This document shows, one piece after another, positions 1 to 13,878 of a DNA stretch of 64,000 nt. Under the pieces are notes generated by a model that saw nothing but the letters and a program-made list of their open reading frames with translations, was not told where the DNA came from and searched no databases. This DNA is from Heterodontus francisci. Its lineage: Eukaryota. The stretch covers positions 23,430,459 through 23,494,458 of the forward strand of contig NC_090385.1 in the NCBI RefSeq assembly GCF_036365525.1. Reading direction: 5' to 3'. A program made the translations under genes and the position numbers. The stretch's first letter is position 1, and every line of letters begins with the position of its first letter.

Positions 1-380
1 ACCCACCTGCCATCCACGTCTCTGCTTTAAAGACGTCTGCAAACGCGACATGAAATCCTGTGACATTGATCACAAGTCGTGGGAGTCAGTTGCCAGCGTT
101 CGCCAGAGCTGGCGGGCAGCCATAAAGACAGGGCTAAAATGTGGCGAGTCGAAGAGACTTAGTAGTTGGCAGGAAAAAAGACAGAGGCGCAAGGGGAGAG
201 CCAACTGTGTAACAGCCCCGACAAACAAATTTCTCTGCAGCACCTGTGGAAGAGCCTGTCACTCTAGAATTGGCCTTTATAGCCACTCCAGGCGCTGCTT
301 CACAAACCACTGACCACCTCCAGGTGCGTATCCGTTGTCTCTCGAGATAAGGAGGCCCAAAAGAAAAAAAAGAAAAAAGA
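1..380 (+). mobile_element. RTE-clade LINE, 3' end (ORF C-terminus, 3' UTR, A-rich tail)
   Basis: ORF 50-313 ends in a CCHH motif (CSTCGRACHSRIGLYSHSRRC) typical of RTE C-termini, followed by a short UTR and an AAAAG-rich tail at 357-380. Confidence 0.8.
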
Positions 381-681
381 ATGTGGATGGTCCTACTAGA
401 GAAGGGGCTACACTCGACCTCCTCTTAGGAAATGAGGATGGGCAGGTGATTGATGTGTCAGTGGGGGAGCACTTTGGAACCAGTGACCATAACTCTATTA
501 GTTTCAAGATAGTTATGGAAAAGGATAGGACTGGTCCTCAGGTTGAAGTCCTAAATTGGGGGAAGGCTAATTTCGATGACATCAGACAGGAACTCTCAAA
601 AGTTGAATGGGAGAGGCTGTTTACAGGTAAAGGGACATCTAGCAAGTGGGAGACTTTTAAAAGTGAGCTAGGAAGAGTTCA

Positions 682-993
682 GGGCTGGCATGTGGCTCAG
701 TGGTTAGCACCGCAGCCTCACAGCTCCAGTGACCGGGGTTCAGTTCTGGGTACTGCCTGTGCGGAGTTTGCAAGTTCTCCCTGTGACTGCGTGGGTTTCC
801 GCCAGGTGCTCCAGTTTCCTCCCACAGCCAAAGACTTGCAGGTTGATAGGTAAATTGGCCATTATAAATTGCCCCTAGTGTAAGTAGGTGGTAGGGGGAT
901 GTGGTAGGGAATGTAGGATTAGTATAAAATGGGTGGTTGTTGGTCGGCACAGACTTGGTGGGCGAAGGGCCTGTTTCAGTGCTGTATCTCTTT
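682..993 (+). mobile_element. HE1-type V-SINE (tRNA-derived)
   Basis: A-box TGGCTCAGTGG, B-box-like GGTTCAGTTC, V-domain-like core (GGGTTTCC..GTGCTCC.GTTTCCTCCCACA) and CR1-like tail GGGCCTGTTTCAGTGCTGTA; near-identical copies at 36411 and 50407. Confidence 0.9.
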
Positions 994-2115
994 ATGTCTA
1001 TGTTCCTGTTAGATGGAAGGGCAAGGCTGGCAAGTTTAGGGAACCTTGGTTGACGAGGGATAGTGAGAGTCTGGTCAGGACAAAGAAGGAGGCACAACAT
1101 GTCAGGTATAGGCAGCTGGGATCGAGCGAGTTCCTCGAGGAGTATAGGGGATTTACTTCTTACACTTAAGAAGTAAATTAGGAGGGCGAAAAGGGGTCAT
1201 GAGATTTCCCTGGCAAAGATAAAGGCTAATCCTAAAAGATTCTATAAGTATATTAAGAGTAAAAGGGTAGCTAGGGAGAGAGTAGGTCCCCTTAAGGATC
1301 AGTGTGGCAATCTATGTGTGGAGCCACGGGAAATGGGCGAGGTCTTAAATGAATATTTCTTGTCCGTATTTACCATGGAGAAGGTCATGGAAGCTAGTGA
1401 GTTCAAGGGAGGGAACATCGATATCCTGGAGCATATCAACATTACAAAGGAGGAGGTGTTGGAGGTTTTGAAGCGCATTAAGGTGGATAAATCTCCAGGG
1501 CCTGACCAGGTGTATCCTAGGATGCTATGGGAAGCAAGGGAGGAGATTGCTGGGGCCCTGGCAGAGATTTTTGTATCATCGTTAGCCACGGATGAGGTAC
1601 CAGAAGACTGGAGGATAGCTAATGTTGTGCCTTTATTTAAGAAGGGCAGCAGGGATAAACCAGGGAACTACAGGCCCGTGAGCCTTACATCAGTGGTGGG
1701 AAAGTTATTGGAAGGGATTCTGAGAGACAGGATTTATATGCATCTGGAAAGGCATGGTCTGATTAGGGATAGTCAGCATGGCTTTGTGCGTGGGAAATCA
1801 TGTCTCACGAATTTGATTGAGTTTTTCGAGGAGGTGACCAAGAGGATTGAAGAGGGCAGGGCGATGGACGTCTACATGGACTTTAGCAAGGCCTTTGACA
1901 AGGTCTCGCATGGTAGGCTGGTCCAGAGGTTCGAACACATGGGATCCAGGGTGAGCTAGCAAATTGGATACAAAATTGGCTTGGTGATAAGAGGCAGAGG
2001 GTGGTAATGGAGGGTTGTTTTTCAGATTGGAGGCTGGTGACCAGTGGTGTGCTGCAGGGATCGGTGCTGGGCCCTCTGTTGTTTGTCATATATATTAATG
2101 ATTTGGATGTGAATG

Positions 2116-2386
2116 TATTCTTATTCTTTGGCCTCCTTATCTCGAGAGACAATGGGTAAGCGCCTGGAGGTGGTCAGTGGTGTGTGGAGCAGCGCCTGGA
2201 GTGGCTATAAAGGCCAATTCTCGAGTGACAGACTCTTCCACAGGTGCTGCAGAAAAATTTGTTTGTTGGGGCTGTTACACAGTTGGCTCTCCCCTTTCGC
2301 TTTTGTCTTTTTTCCTGCCAACTGCTAAGTCTCTTCGACTCGCCACACTTTAGCCCCGCCTTTATGGCTGCCCGCCAGCTCTGGCA
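2116..2386 (-). mobile_element. 5'-truncated RTE 3' fragment inserted in the CR1 RT domain
   Basis: Reverse complement aligns closely with 102-365; it splits the CR1 between YINDLDVNV and GMISKFADD. Confidence 0.9.
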
Positions 2387-3320
2387 AGGGGCATGATTAG
2401 TAAGTTTGCAGATGACACCAAAATTGGTGGTATAGCGGACAGTGAAGAAGGTTGTCTAAGGTTACAACAGGATATAGATCAACTGGGAAAGTGGGCAAGG
2501 GAGTGGCAAATGGAATTTAACGCAGACAAGTGTGAAGTGATGCATTTTGAGAAGCTAAACCAGGGCAGGACATATACAGTGAATGGCAGGGCCCTGGGGA
2601 GTGTTGTTGAGCACAGAGACCTTGGGGTGCAAGTACATAGTTCCCTGAAAGTGGCAACACAGGTAGACAGGGTGGTGAAGAAGGCGTAAGGCATGCTTGC
2701 CTTCATCGGCCGAGGCATTGAGTACAAGAGTTGGGACGTCATGTTACAGCTGTACATAACGTTGGTTAGGCCGCATTTGGAGTACTGTGTGCAGTTCTGG
2801 TCGCCGCACTACAGGAAAGATGTGATTAAGCTAGAGAGGGTGCAGAAAAGATTCACAAGGATGTTGCCTGGTTTGGAGGGCTTGAGTTATAAAGAGAGAC
2901 TGGATAGGCTGGGTCTGTTTTCCCTGGAGCGAAGGAGGCTGAGAGGGGACATGATAGAGGTATATAAAATTATGAGAGGCATAGATAGGGTAGATAGCCA
3001 GAGTCTGTTTCCCATGGTAGGGGTGACTAAAACTAGAGGGCATAGATTTAAGGTGCGAGGGAGGAGGTTTAAAGGGGATCAAAGGGGTAAATGTTTCACA
3101 CAAAGAATAGTGGGCATCTGGAATGAGCTGCCTGAGGAGGTGGTGGAGGCAGGAACAGTAGCGACATTTAAGAGGCATCTGGACAGGTACTTGAATGAGC
3201 AAGGCATAGAGGGATATGGAATTAATGCAGGCAGGTGGGATTAGTATAGATAGGCATTATGGTCGGCATGGACGCGGTGGGCTGAAGGGTCTGTTTCTAT
3301 CTGTACCACTCTATGACTCT

Positions 3321-5270
3321 AGGATTGGGAGCAGTTTAGAATTCAGCAAAGGAGGACCAAGGAATTGATTAAGAAGGGGAAAATAGAGTACGAGAGTAAG
3401 CTTGCGGGGAACATAAAAACTGACTGTAAAAGTTTCTATAGGTATGTGAAGAGAAAAAGATTGGTGAAGACAAATGTAGGTCCCTTACAGTCAGAAACAG
3501 GGGAATTTATTATGGGGAACAAAGAAATGGCTGACCAACTAAATGCATACTTTGGTTCTGTCTTTACAAAGGAGGACACAAATATCATACCAGAAATGTT
3601 GGGGAACACAGGGTTCAGTGAGAGAGAGGAACTGAAGGAAATCAGTATTGGTAGAGAAATGGTGTTGGGGAAATTGATGGGATTGAAGGCTGATAAATCC
3701 CCAGGGCCTGATGGTATGCATCCCAGAGTACTTAAGAAAGTGGCACTAGAAATAGTGGATACATTGGGGGTCATCTTCCAAGATTCTATAGACTCTGGAA
3801 CAGTTCCTACAAATTGGAGGGAAACTAATGTAACCCCACTATTTAAAAAAGGAGGTAGAGAGAAAACAGGGAATTATAGACCAGTCAGCCTGACGTCGGT
3901 AGTGGGGAAAATTCTAGAGTCCATTATCAAAGATTTTACAGCAGAGCACTTGGAGAACAGTGGTAGAATCAGACAGAGTCAGCATGGAATTATGAAAGGG
4001 AAATCATGCTTGACAAATCTACTAGAATTCTTTGAGGATGTAACTAGTAGAGTTGATGAGGGGGAGCCAGTGGATGTGGTTTATTTGAACTTTCAGAAGG
4101 CTTTCGACAAAGTCCCACATAAGAGATTAGCGTGTAAAATTAAAGCGCATGGGATTGGGGGTAGTGTATTGCGATGGATAGAAAATTGATCAGCAGACAG
4201 GAAACAAAGAGTAGGAATAAACGGGTCTTTTTCCGATTTCAGGCAGTGACTAGTGGGGTTCCACAGGGATCGGTGCTAGGACCCCAGCTATTCACAATAT
4301 ACATTCATGATTTAGATGAGGGAACTAAATGTAATATCTCCAAATTTGCAGATGACACAAAACTGGGTGGGAGGGTGAGTTGTGAGGAGGATGCAGAGAG
4401 ACTTCAGGGTGATTTGGACAAGTTGAGTGAGTGGGCAAATGCATGGCAGATGCAGTATAATGTGGATAAATGTGAGGTTATCCACTTTGGTAGCAAAAAC
4501 AGGAAGGCAGATTATTATCTGAACGGCTATAAACTGAGGGAGGGGAATATGCAACGAGACCTGGGTGTTCTCGTACACCAGTCGCTGAAGGTAAGCTTAC
4601 AGGTGCAACAGACGGTAAAAAAGTCAAATGGTATGTTGGCCTTCATAGCGAGAGGATTAGAGTACAGGAGCAGGGATGTCTTGCTGCAATTATACAGGGC
4701 CTTGGTGAGGCCACACCTGGAATATTGTGTGGAGTTTTGGTCTCCTTATTTGAGGAGAGATGTTCTTGCTATAGAGGGAGTGCAATGAAGGTTTACCAGA
4801 CTGATTCCTGGGATGGCGGGACTGACGTATGAGGCGAGATTGAGTCGGTTAGGATTATATTCGCTGGAGTTCAGAAAAATGAGGGGGATCTCATAGAAAC
4901 CTATAAAATTCTAACAGGACTTGACAGGGTAGATGCAGGAAGGATATTCCCGATGGTGGGAAAGTCTAGAACCAGGGGTCATAGTCTAAGGGTATGGAGT
5001 CAACCTTTCAGGACTGAGATGAGGAGAAATTTCTTCACCCAGGGAGTGGTGAACTTGTGGAATTCGCTACCACAGAAAGCAGTGGAGGCCAATACATTGT
5101 ATGTTTTCAAGGAGTTAGATATAACTCTTGGGTTGAAAGAGATCAAAGGATATGGTGTGAAAGCGAGAACAGGTTACTGAGTTGGATGATCAGCCATGAT
5201 CATAATGAATGGCGGAGCAGGCTCGAAGGGCCGAATGGCCTACTCCTGCTCCTATTTTCTATGTTTCTAT
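3321..5270 (+). mobile_element. CR1 LINE, 5'-truncated (second subfamily)
   Basis: ORFs 3365-4189 and 4174-4788 carry RT motifs ([16 protein letters not shown]); TTCTATGT tail at about 5256-5270. Confidence 0.95.
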
Positions 5271-5974
5271 AGAAATCAGGCAAGTTTCCCACCTCCAATG
5301 GCATCTGGGACACAACTTTTGATGGGCACCAAGAAGAGAGGTCAGAGAACAAGTGCCTCAATCTATTTGTCCTTCATAGGACACTTATGGTAAAAAGGGC
5401 AGTGTGGTGTTTGGAGGTATAGAGTCTCCACCTGAAACCTGGCCCATGGGTATGCCTCCATGTGACATTAACTGCAACTGTTCTAAATCAAACATAGGAA
5501 ATTAAGTTGAACCACAGTCTAAATCTAGTCCCTAGAGGGTATGAGTCCAATGCATGTAAACTGTCAAGTCTTATTTGGATGAGCAAGGGAATGGCTAGAA
5601 TGAAAAAGAAAAATGTTATATTAGTGCAAAGCTGATCAAACAGCTTGTCAATATTGTAACAATAAATATTGATCCACCTCCAATGGTCTTGTAAGTAAAT
5701 GCACCACCCAATGTAGGACTGAGCTCTACAAAATAGGAAGGTCTCGGGTTTAATATCCAACTTGTATTTTTAGCTAAACACAATAATAATTTATTCATTT
5801 GTGGCACTATCAGTTTAATGTTTGACTCCTAGAAATTGGGTGTATTTTACTGATAGGAATCCAGCTTTACTTGTCAATCAACCAGACAGGGTTGGCAAAT
5901 CTTCAGCAGAGCAAAAAGCAATGGGGTCAATTTGACACTGTCACTCAGTAAAAATTAACTTCTCCCTTTACTAT

Positions 5975-8900
5975 TGTTACCACCGACTGCTCAAGACAAA
6001 GCCCCCAATCAAAATATATGATTCTGATTGTGATGCGAGAAACACACTGTTGATTCAATCCCGCCCCTCCACCGATCACCTAACAAATATTAAACTTTCC
6101 AAATTAAAGACCCAGCCAAATTGTACCATCTATTAACCCCCGAATGAGGCTAACCAAACCAGGTGTCTTTAGATCAATAAATTAATTGCTTAATTAGAAA
6201 AACTAAATTCTTAAACACTACTACGATATAAACAACATTTTAAATAGAAAAAAATAGTGTCCTTGCAGATTTACGCTCATGCTGAAGTGGACTCTTCCAA
6301 TGTGGGACAGTCTAAGGTTGCTTGAAGATGGGGGAAAAAAAAGGTTCTTCAATAGTAGAACGTGGTCTAATTCAGCAGTTGAACTGATGCTCTTCTTTTC
6401 CAGCGATGAATTTCAGCAATTACAGTTCAGTAGTTAAAGGAATTTGGTTATTTTCTTTTAAGAAATTAATCTGACTTGACATCAGAATTCTGAGAATATA
6501 ATAAATAGGATTTAAATAAACCAAAAGAGAGCTCTAATTTCCTTCAGTATATGCTGGTCCAGCTGTCTGTGTATCTCTGTTAACTGTGTCTCAAAAGCCA
6601 GATTTTCAGCTAGTTTCAAATGTCAATCGGCAACATTGTATCTCGTGTCCTTGGTCCTGAGTGGCTGTATCCTACGGCAATAAGAATGTATTCTTTGGCT
6701 CAGTCCCTGGAGCTTAGGAGCATGCAGGTGGCGGAAAGCGTCATAGACAAGAGTTTTAGAGAAGTGGTTACACCCAAGGTGCAGGCAGATAGATGGGTGA
6801 ACGCTAGAAGGGGCAGTCAGTCAGTGCAGGAATCCCCTGTGGCTATCCCCCTCTCTAACAAGTATACCGTTTTGGATACTGTTGAGGGGGATGGCCTATC
6901 ACGGGAAAACAGCAGCAGCCAGAGCAGTGGCACCACGGCTGGCACTGTTGTTCAGCAGGGAGGGACAAAGCGCAGAAGAGCAATAGTTATAGGGGACTCT
7001 ATAGTCAGGGGCACAGATAGGCGCTTCTGTGGACGTGAAAGAGACTCCAGGAAGGTATGTTGCCTCCCTGGTGCCAGGGTCAAGGATGTCTCTGAACGGA
7101 CAGAGGGCATTCTGAAGGGGGAGGGTGAACAGCCAGAGGTTGTGGTACACATCGGTACCAACGACATAGGCAGGAAGAGTGCTGAGGTCCTGCAGGGGGA
7201 GTTTAGGGAGTTAGGTAGTAAAAAAACAGGACCTCTAGGGTTGTAATCTCTGGATTACTCCCTGTGCCAGTGAGGCTAGAAATAGGAAGATAGTGCAGCT
7301 AAACACGTGGCTGAGCAGCTGGTGTAGAAGGAAGGGTTTCAGATATCTGGACCATTGGGCTCTCTTCAGGGACAGATGGGACCTGTACAAGAAGGACGGG
7401 TTGCATCTAAACTGGAAGGGCACTAATATCCTGGCTGCAAGGTTTGCTAGCGTCACTCGGGAGGGTTTAAACTAGTGTGGCAGGGGGGTGGGAACCAGAG
7501 CAGTAGGACAGCTAGTGAAGTAAATGAGGAGGACATAGTAAATAAGGCCAGTAGGACTAAGAGGAAGAGCAGGCAGGGAGATGTTGCTGAGCACAGCGGG
7601 ACTGGTGGTCTGAAGTGCATTTGTTTCAATGCGAGAAGTATAACAGGTAAGGCAGATGAACTTAGAGCTTGGATTAGTACTTGGAAATATGATGTTGTTG
7701 CTATTTCAGAGACTTGGTTGAGGGAAGGGCAGGATTGGCAGCTAAATGTTCCAGGCTTTAGAAGCTTCAGGCGGGATAGAGGGGGATGTAAAAGGGGTGG
7801 GGGAGTTGCATTACTGGTTAAGGAGAATATTACAGCTGTACTGCGGGAGGACACCTCAGAGAGGTCATGCAGTGAGGCAATATGGGTGGAGCTCAGGAAT
7901 AGGAAGGATGCAGTCACGATGTTGGGGGTTTACTACAGGCCTCCCAACAGCCTGCGGGAGGTAGAGGAGCAGATATGTAGACAGATTTTGGAAAGATGTA
8001 AAGATAACAGGGTTGTAGTGGTGGGTGATTTTAACTTCCCCAATATTGACTGGTACTCACTTAGTGCTAGGGGCTTGGACGGGGCAGAATTTGTGAGGAG
8101 CATCCAGGAGGATGCTTGAAACAGTATGTAGATAGTCCAACTAGGGATGGGGCCATTCTGGACCTGGTATTGGGGAATGAGTCCGGCCAGGTGGTCGAAG
8201 TTTCAGTGGGAGAGCATTTCGGGAGCAGTGACCATAATTCCATAAGTTTTAAGGTACTTGTGGATAAGGATAAGAGTAGTCCTTGGGTGAAGGTGCTAAA
8301 TTGGGGGAAGGCTAATTATAACAATATTAGGCAGGAACTGAAGAATTTAGATTGGAGGCGGCTGTTTGAGGGTAAATCAACATCTGACATGTGGGAGTCT
8401 TTCAAACGTCAGCTGATTAGAATCCAGGACCAGCATGTTCCTGTGAGGAAGAAAGACAAGTTTGGCAAGTTTCGGGAAGCTTGGATAACACGGGATATTG
8501 TGAGCCTAGTCAAAAAGAAAAAGGAAGCATTTGTCAGGGCTGGAAGGCTAGGAACAGATGAAGCACTTGAGGAATATAAAGACAGTAGGAAGGTACTTAA
8601 GCAAGGAGTTAGGAGGGCTAAAAGGGGTCATTAAAAGTCATTGGCAAACAGGATTAAGGAAAATCCCAAGGCTCTTTATACATATATAAAGAGCAAGAGG
8701 GTAACCAGGAAAAGGGTTGGCCCACTCAAGGACAGAGATGGGAATCTATGCGTGGAGCCAGAGGAAATGGGTGAGGTGCTAAATGAGTACTTTGCATCCG
8801 TATTCACCAAGGAGAAGGACTTGGTGGATGATGAGCCTAGGGAAGGGAGTGCAGATAGTCTCAGTCATCTCATTATCAAAAAGGAGGAGGTGTTGGGTGT

Positions 8901-10585
8901 CTTGCAAAGCATTAAGGTAGATAAGTCCCCAGGGCCTGATGGGATCTACCCTAGAATACTGAGGAGGCAAGGGAAGAGATTGCTGGGGCCTTGACAGAAA
9001 TCTTTGCATCCTCATTGGCTACAGGTGAGGTCCCAGAGGACTGGAGAATAGCCAATGTTGTTCCTTTGTTTAAGAAGGGTGGTAAGGATAATCCAGGAAA
9101 TTATAGGCCGGTGAGCCTTACGTCAGTGGTAGGGAAACTATTAGAGAGGATTCTTCGGGACAGGATTTACTCCCATTTGGAAACAAATGAACTTATTAGC
9201 GAGAGACAGCATGGTTTTGTGAAGGGCAGGTCATGTCTTACTAATTTGATTGAGTTTTTTGAGGAGGTAACGAAGATGATTGATGAGGGAAGGGCGATGG
9301 ATGTTGTCTATATGGACTTTAGTAAAGCCTTTGACAAGGTCCCGCATGGCAGACTGGTGCAAAAGGTGAAGTCACACGGGATCAGAGGTGAGCTGGCAAG
9401 ATGGATACAGAACTGGCTCAGTCACAGAAGACAGAGGGTAACAGTGGATGGGTGTTTTTCTGAATGGAGGGATGTGACTAGTGGTGTTCCGCAGGGATCA
9501 GTGCTGGGACCTTTGCTGTTTGTAGTATATATAAATGATTTGGAGGAAAATGTAGCTGGTCTGATTAGTAAGTTTGCGGACGACACAAAGGTTGGTGGAG
9601 TTGCGGATAATGATGAGGATTGTCAGAGGATACAGCAGGATATAGATCGGTGGAGACTTGGGCGGAGAAATGGCAGATGGAGTTTAATCCGGACAAATGT
9701 GAGGTAATGCATTTTGGAAGGTCTAGTGCAGGTGAGAAGTATACAGTAAATGGCAGAATCCTTAGGAGTATTGACAGGCAGAGAGATCTGGGCGTACAGA
9801 CCCACAGGTCACTGAAAGTGGCAACGCAGGTGGATAAGGTAGTCAAGAAGGCATACGGCATGCTTGCCTTCATCGGTCGGGGCATAGAGTATAAAAATTG
9901 GCAAGTCATGTTGCAGCTGTACAGAACCTTAGTTAGGCCACACTTAGAATATTGCGTGCAATTCTGGTCGCCACACTACCAGAAGGACGTGGAGGCTTTG
10001 GAGAGGGTACAGAGGAGGTTTACCAGGATGTTGCCTGGTCTGGAGGGCATTAGCTATGAGGAGAGGTTGGAAAAACTCGGATTGTTTTCACTGGAACGAC
10101 GGAGGTGGAGGGGCGACATGATAGAGGTTTACAAAGTTATGAGCAGCATGGACAGAATGGATAGTCAGAAGCTTTTTCCCAGGATGGAAGAGTCAGTTAC
10201 TAGGGGACATAGGTTTAAGGTGCGAGGGGCAAAGTTTAGAGGGGATGTGCGAGGCAAGTTTTTTACACAGAGGGTGGTGAGTGCCTGGAACCTGCTGCCA
10301 GGGGAGGTGGTGGAAGCAGATACGATAGCGACGTTTAAGAGACATCTTGACAAATATATGAATAGGAAGGGAATAGAGGGATATGGGCCCCGGAAGTGCA
10401 GAAGGTGTTAGTTTAGGCAGGCATCAAGATCGGCGCAGGCTTGGAGGGCCGAATGGCCTGTTCCTGTGCTGTACTGTTCTTTGTTCTTTGTTCTTGTTGC
10501 CTTAAAGCAGTACTGATCCTGTTACAGCCTTAAAGGCACACTGCATACTTCCCGGAAAAGAAATAAAAACTACAGGATCATAACA
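5975..10585. mobile_element. Solo LTR (about 830 bp) split by a CR1 insertion
   Basis: TGTTA at 5975 and TAACA at 10581-10585, with a 4-bp TSD CTAT at 5971-5974 and 10586-10589; shares motifs with 37931-38949. Confidence 0.7.
6714..10495 (+). mobile_element. Near full-length CR1 LINE (ORF1 esterase domain, ORF2 APE-RT)
   Basis: ORF1 SGNH/GDSL blocks IVIGDSIVRG, VVVHIGTND and DGLHL; ORF2 CFNARSI, SETW, YRPP, GDFN, SDHN and RT motifs; (TGTTCTT)n tail; several frameshifts. Confidence 0.95.
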
Positions 10586-10906
10586 CTATCTTAAGGAACT
10601 TTTAACCTCTAACTAAGCCTATTTTCTTAGGACTGTAAAAATCCTAGTCATATTCTCATCGGGATGCTTTGAGATGCATTTGCGGATAGGGCAGAGGAAG
10701 TAACTGGGCCGAAAAAGCAGTTAAGGCCAGAGCAAATGGAACCAGTTATCAAGAGTACATTATCAATTATGCAAATTTAGTAACAGCTTACATATATATA
10801 CATTGCAATTTTAACACAAAAAAAATCCTAACATGCTTCATAGAAGTGTAATCAGACCAAAACAGACAGAGCCAGAGACAGCTATATTAGAAAGAGTAAT
10901 CAATAG

Positions 10907-11039
10907 TGCTGTGCATTCACGAAGTCGAACATGAGATCGTACTGTAAGCAGCCATTGTCGAACTTTATTTATACCTCGAAAACAGAGAGGGCAGCAGAGA
11001 GGCAGTAAAACAAATGCTCAGCTATTACAATATATTACA
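10907..11039 (-). repeat. Gypsy 3' LTR
   Basis: Direct repeat of 16859-16989 (about 20 substitutions and one 2-bp indel by manual count). Confidence 0.9.
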
Positions 11040-11331
11040 CTCCCACTTAAAAAAACTTATACATTAAAATGTAAAAAGTACATGTGCATAATTTTCCAGA
11101 ATACCATACCTGAAATTTAACAGGTTGCGCTGCATGCTTGTTGTTACTGTAATCACAACTAAAACATATGACCAATAATTTACATGTAAAAAAATTGTTT
11201 TTCCTTAACACCAGTATGGCTTTAACAAAAATATCATTTGACAAGATGTAATGAAAAGAACAACTGATTTCTGCTTCCGTCTTATATACTTTCAATTAAC
11301 CTTATCTGGCGTCATTCTCTTTCTGTCTAGA

Positions 11332-12020
11332 TATAAGAACATAAGAAACAGGAGTAGGGAGTAGCCCATTCAACCCTTTGAGCCCACTCTGCCATTCAGT
11401 GAGATCTACTCCAACTTCTACTTCAACACCATTTTCCTGCACTATTCCCGAATCCCTTGATGTTTATAGATAAAAATCTATCGCTCGCTGTCTTGAACAT
11501 ACTCAATTGCTGAGCCTCCACAGTCCTCTGGGTCAGGTAATTCCAAAGATTCACCACCCTCTGAGTGAAGAAATTCCTCCTCATCTCAGTCCTAAATGGC
11601 CTGCCCCTTATTCTAAGACTGTGTCCCCTGGTTCTAGACTCCCCAGTCTGGGGAAACATCCTTCCTGCATCTACCCTGTCAAGCCCTGTAAGAATTTTGT
11701 ATGTTTGAATGAGATCATCTTTCATTCTTCTGAACTCCAGAAATAAAGGCCCAGTCTATTAAATTTTTCCTCATAGAACAATTCCTCCATCCCAGGAATT
11801 AGTTTGGTGAACCTTCATTGCAATCCCTCTATGGCAAGTATATCTTTCCTTCAGTAAGGAGACCAAAACTGCACACAATGTTCCAGGTGCGAACTCACCA
11901 AGGCTCTATATAATTGCAGTAAGACATCTTTACTCCTATACTCAAATCCTCCTGTAATAAAAGCCATTTGTTTTTTTAATGGCTTGCTGTACCTGCATGT
12001 TAGCTTTCAGTTACTCCTGG
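11332..12020 (-). mobile_element. CR1 3' fragment inserted in the Gypsy 3' region
   Basis: ORF 11423-11725 matches the CR1 C-terminus (RTRGHSLRI..FFTQRVVNLWN); TTCTTATG tail. Confidence 0.9.
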
Positions 12021-12175
12021 ACATCATCTTCATTAGCTTGACTCTGTTCTTTCAACATCTCAGACTGTCAACCCTGAACTTTGACTTTGACTACCAACTC
12101 CACTTAATGGTTGGGGCTGTGAAATTGATTAGTCTTAATAAAAGACACTGACTCACTTTGCTCTACCAGTGGATT

Positions 12176-13420
12176 CTATGATACTGGCAAACTTTCAGTT
12201 TCTTTGTGACTTGCACTTGCTTTCTGACTTTTACTTGGGATTGTAGGAATTTGGACTATAGGAGGTTTCTCATGCTCTCCCTCTGTCAGATTTCCTCTTT
12301 CAAGCAAATTATCTATATGACGCTGATGAAGTCTCTCTCCAATCCTCACTAGATATGGGAATGCACCTAGTCTTTTTACAACAGCGCCAAACACACACTT
12401 CTCCTTATCACCTTGATGATTTTTCACCATGACCTTCTGAACGACACTGAACTCTCTAAATTGCATGCCTCGAGTATCATGACTCAGTCATTCTGTCTTG
12501 CTTTTGTCTTACTTTGCCATTGACATCAGGCTTAAGCAAACTAAACATTGTCCTAGGAGCGTGTTTAAGCACTAATTCGTAAGGTGAGAAACCTGTTGTC
12601 GACAGTGGTATTATTCTATAAGACAGCAGAAAATTGTCTAGCCTGTGTTGAAGAGAAATATGGAAATTACTGCCTAGTTTGGCACCTAGCAAATACTTCT
12701 TCACAATTTGTACACTTTCTGCAGCACCATTCAATGCTGGGTGATATGGTGGTATTAGAGTGTGTTTTACTGCATTCTTACTCAGAAATATTTCAAACTC
12801 TTCTGACATAAACTGTGGATCATTACCTGACATCAACACTTCTGGCAACACATGAATTGCAAACCAACCTTTCAAAATCTCAGTAGTTTTAGCACTTATG
12901 GTATTGGGCATAGACTCAATATTTAGTCACTTGTTATAGCTATTGACCAAAACAAAATACTCTTTCCCTTCCGTTTCAAAGAAATTGACATGGACTCGTT
13001 CCCACGGTTTCCTTGTGTTTGACCATGGAGTGAAAGGAACATTGGTTTGGTCATTTTCATCCTGAAACACATTGCACAACTTTTCAATATCTCTATCTAC
13101 CTTTGGATACCAAAAATAGCTTCTTGCTACTGCTTTCATATGGACTATTCCTGTGTGCTCTTGATGAAGTTCCTCGAACAATTTCTCCTGAAACCTTGGT
13201 GGAATAATAACTTTTAATCCCCACAGGAGACAGCCATGATCTACACTTAGTTCATTTCTACATGTGAAATACTCCTACAATTTCTCATCATCACACTCTT
13301 CAGGCCATCCATCCATGACATAATTAAGTACTGTACTGAACACCACATCCTTGCATGCTTCTTCAGAAATTTCTCTGGCAGACACTGAAATGTCATTGAA
13401 CTAATTGACAGGTAACTCAA
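12176..13420 (-). pseudogene. Gypsy integrase remnant
   Basis: Zinc-binding region LHQEHTGIVHMKAVARSYFWYP, PWERVHV, and catalytic-core remnant NDPQF..PPYHPALNGAAE; stops and frameshifts. Confidence 0.85.
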
Positions 13421-13439
13421 TAGCTAAAATTGAATGTTT

Positions 13440-13743
13440 TAAAATTCATTCATAGGATGTGGGCATCGCTGACTAGGACAGCATTTATTGCCCACCCCTA
13501 ATTGCCCTTGAGAAGGTGGTGGTAGCTGCCTTCTTGAACTGCTTCAGTCCATGTGGGGTGGGTACACCCACTGTGCTGTTAGGAAGGGAGTTCCAGGATT
13601 TTGACCCAGCGACAGTGAAGGAAGGGCGATAAAATTATTAGTCAGGATGGTGTGTGGCTTGGAGGAGAACTTGCAGGCAGTGGTGTTCCCATGCAACTGC
13701 TGCCCTTGCCCTTCTAGGTGGTGGAGGTCGCAGGTTTGGAAGG
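13440..13743 (-). mobile_element. Family B LINE 3' end
   Basis: Reverse complement matches about 39345-39645, including the CAAGGGCAATTAGGG...TGAATGAA tail. Confidence 0.85.
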
Positions 13744-13878
13744 TGAGGTGAGAGTGACTGCCCTCGACATCAAGGCAGCATTTGACCATGTATAGCATCA
13801 AGGAGCCCTAGCTAAACTGGAGTCAATGGGAATCAGGGGGAAAACTCTCTGCTGATTGGAGTCATACCCCACACAATC
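13744..13878 (+). mobile_element. Family B LINE internal RT fragment, inverted relative to its neighbours
   Basis: Matches about 37485-37615 (EVRVTALDIKAAFD..HQGALAKLESMGI). Confidence 0.85.

Larger units (their letters stand above)
381..3320 (+). mobile_element. CR1 LINE ORF2 and 3' UTR, interrupted by an HE1 SINE and an RTE fragment
   Basis: APE end (LDLLL..SDHN), RT motifs (KSPGPD, NYRPVSLTS, QHGF, DFSKAFDKV, KFADD), CR1 C-terminus (RPHLEYCVQFWSP) and CTATGACT tail; stops and frameshifts present. Confidence 0.95.

Noticed and set aside
682-760. tRNA gene at the HE1 heads
   Set aside because: No acceptor stem or terminator; the sequence continues into the SINE body
335-853. 172-aa ORF with a basic NLS-like N-terminus
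   Set aside because: Chance read-through of the RTE tail, CR1 and HE1 SINE
6620-7246. 208-aa ORF as a host GDSL lipase gene
   Set aside because: It is the CR1 ORF1 esterase domain fused by chance to LTR sequence
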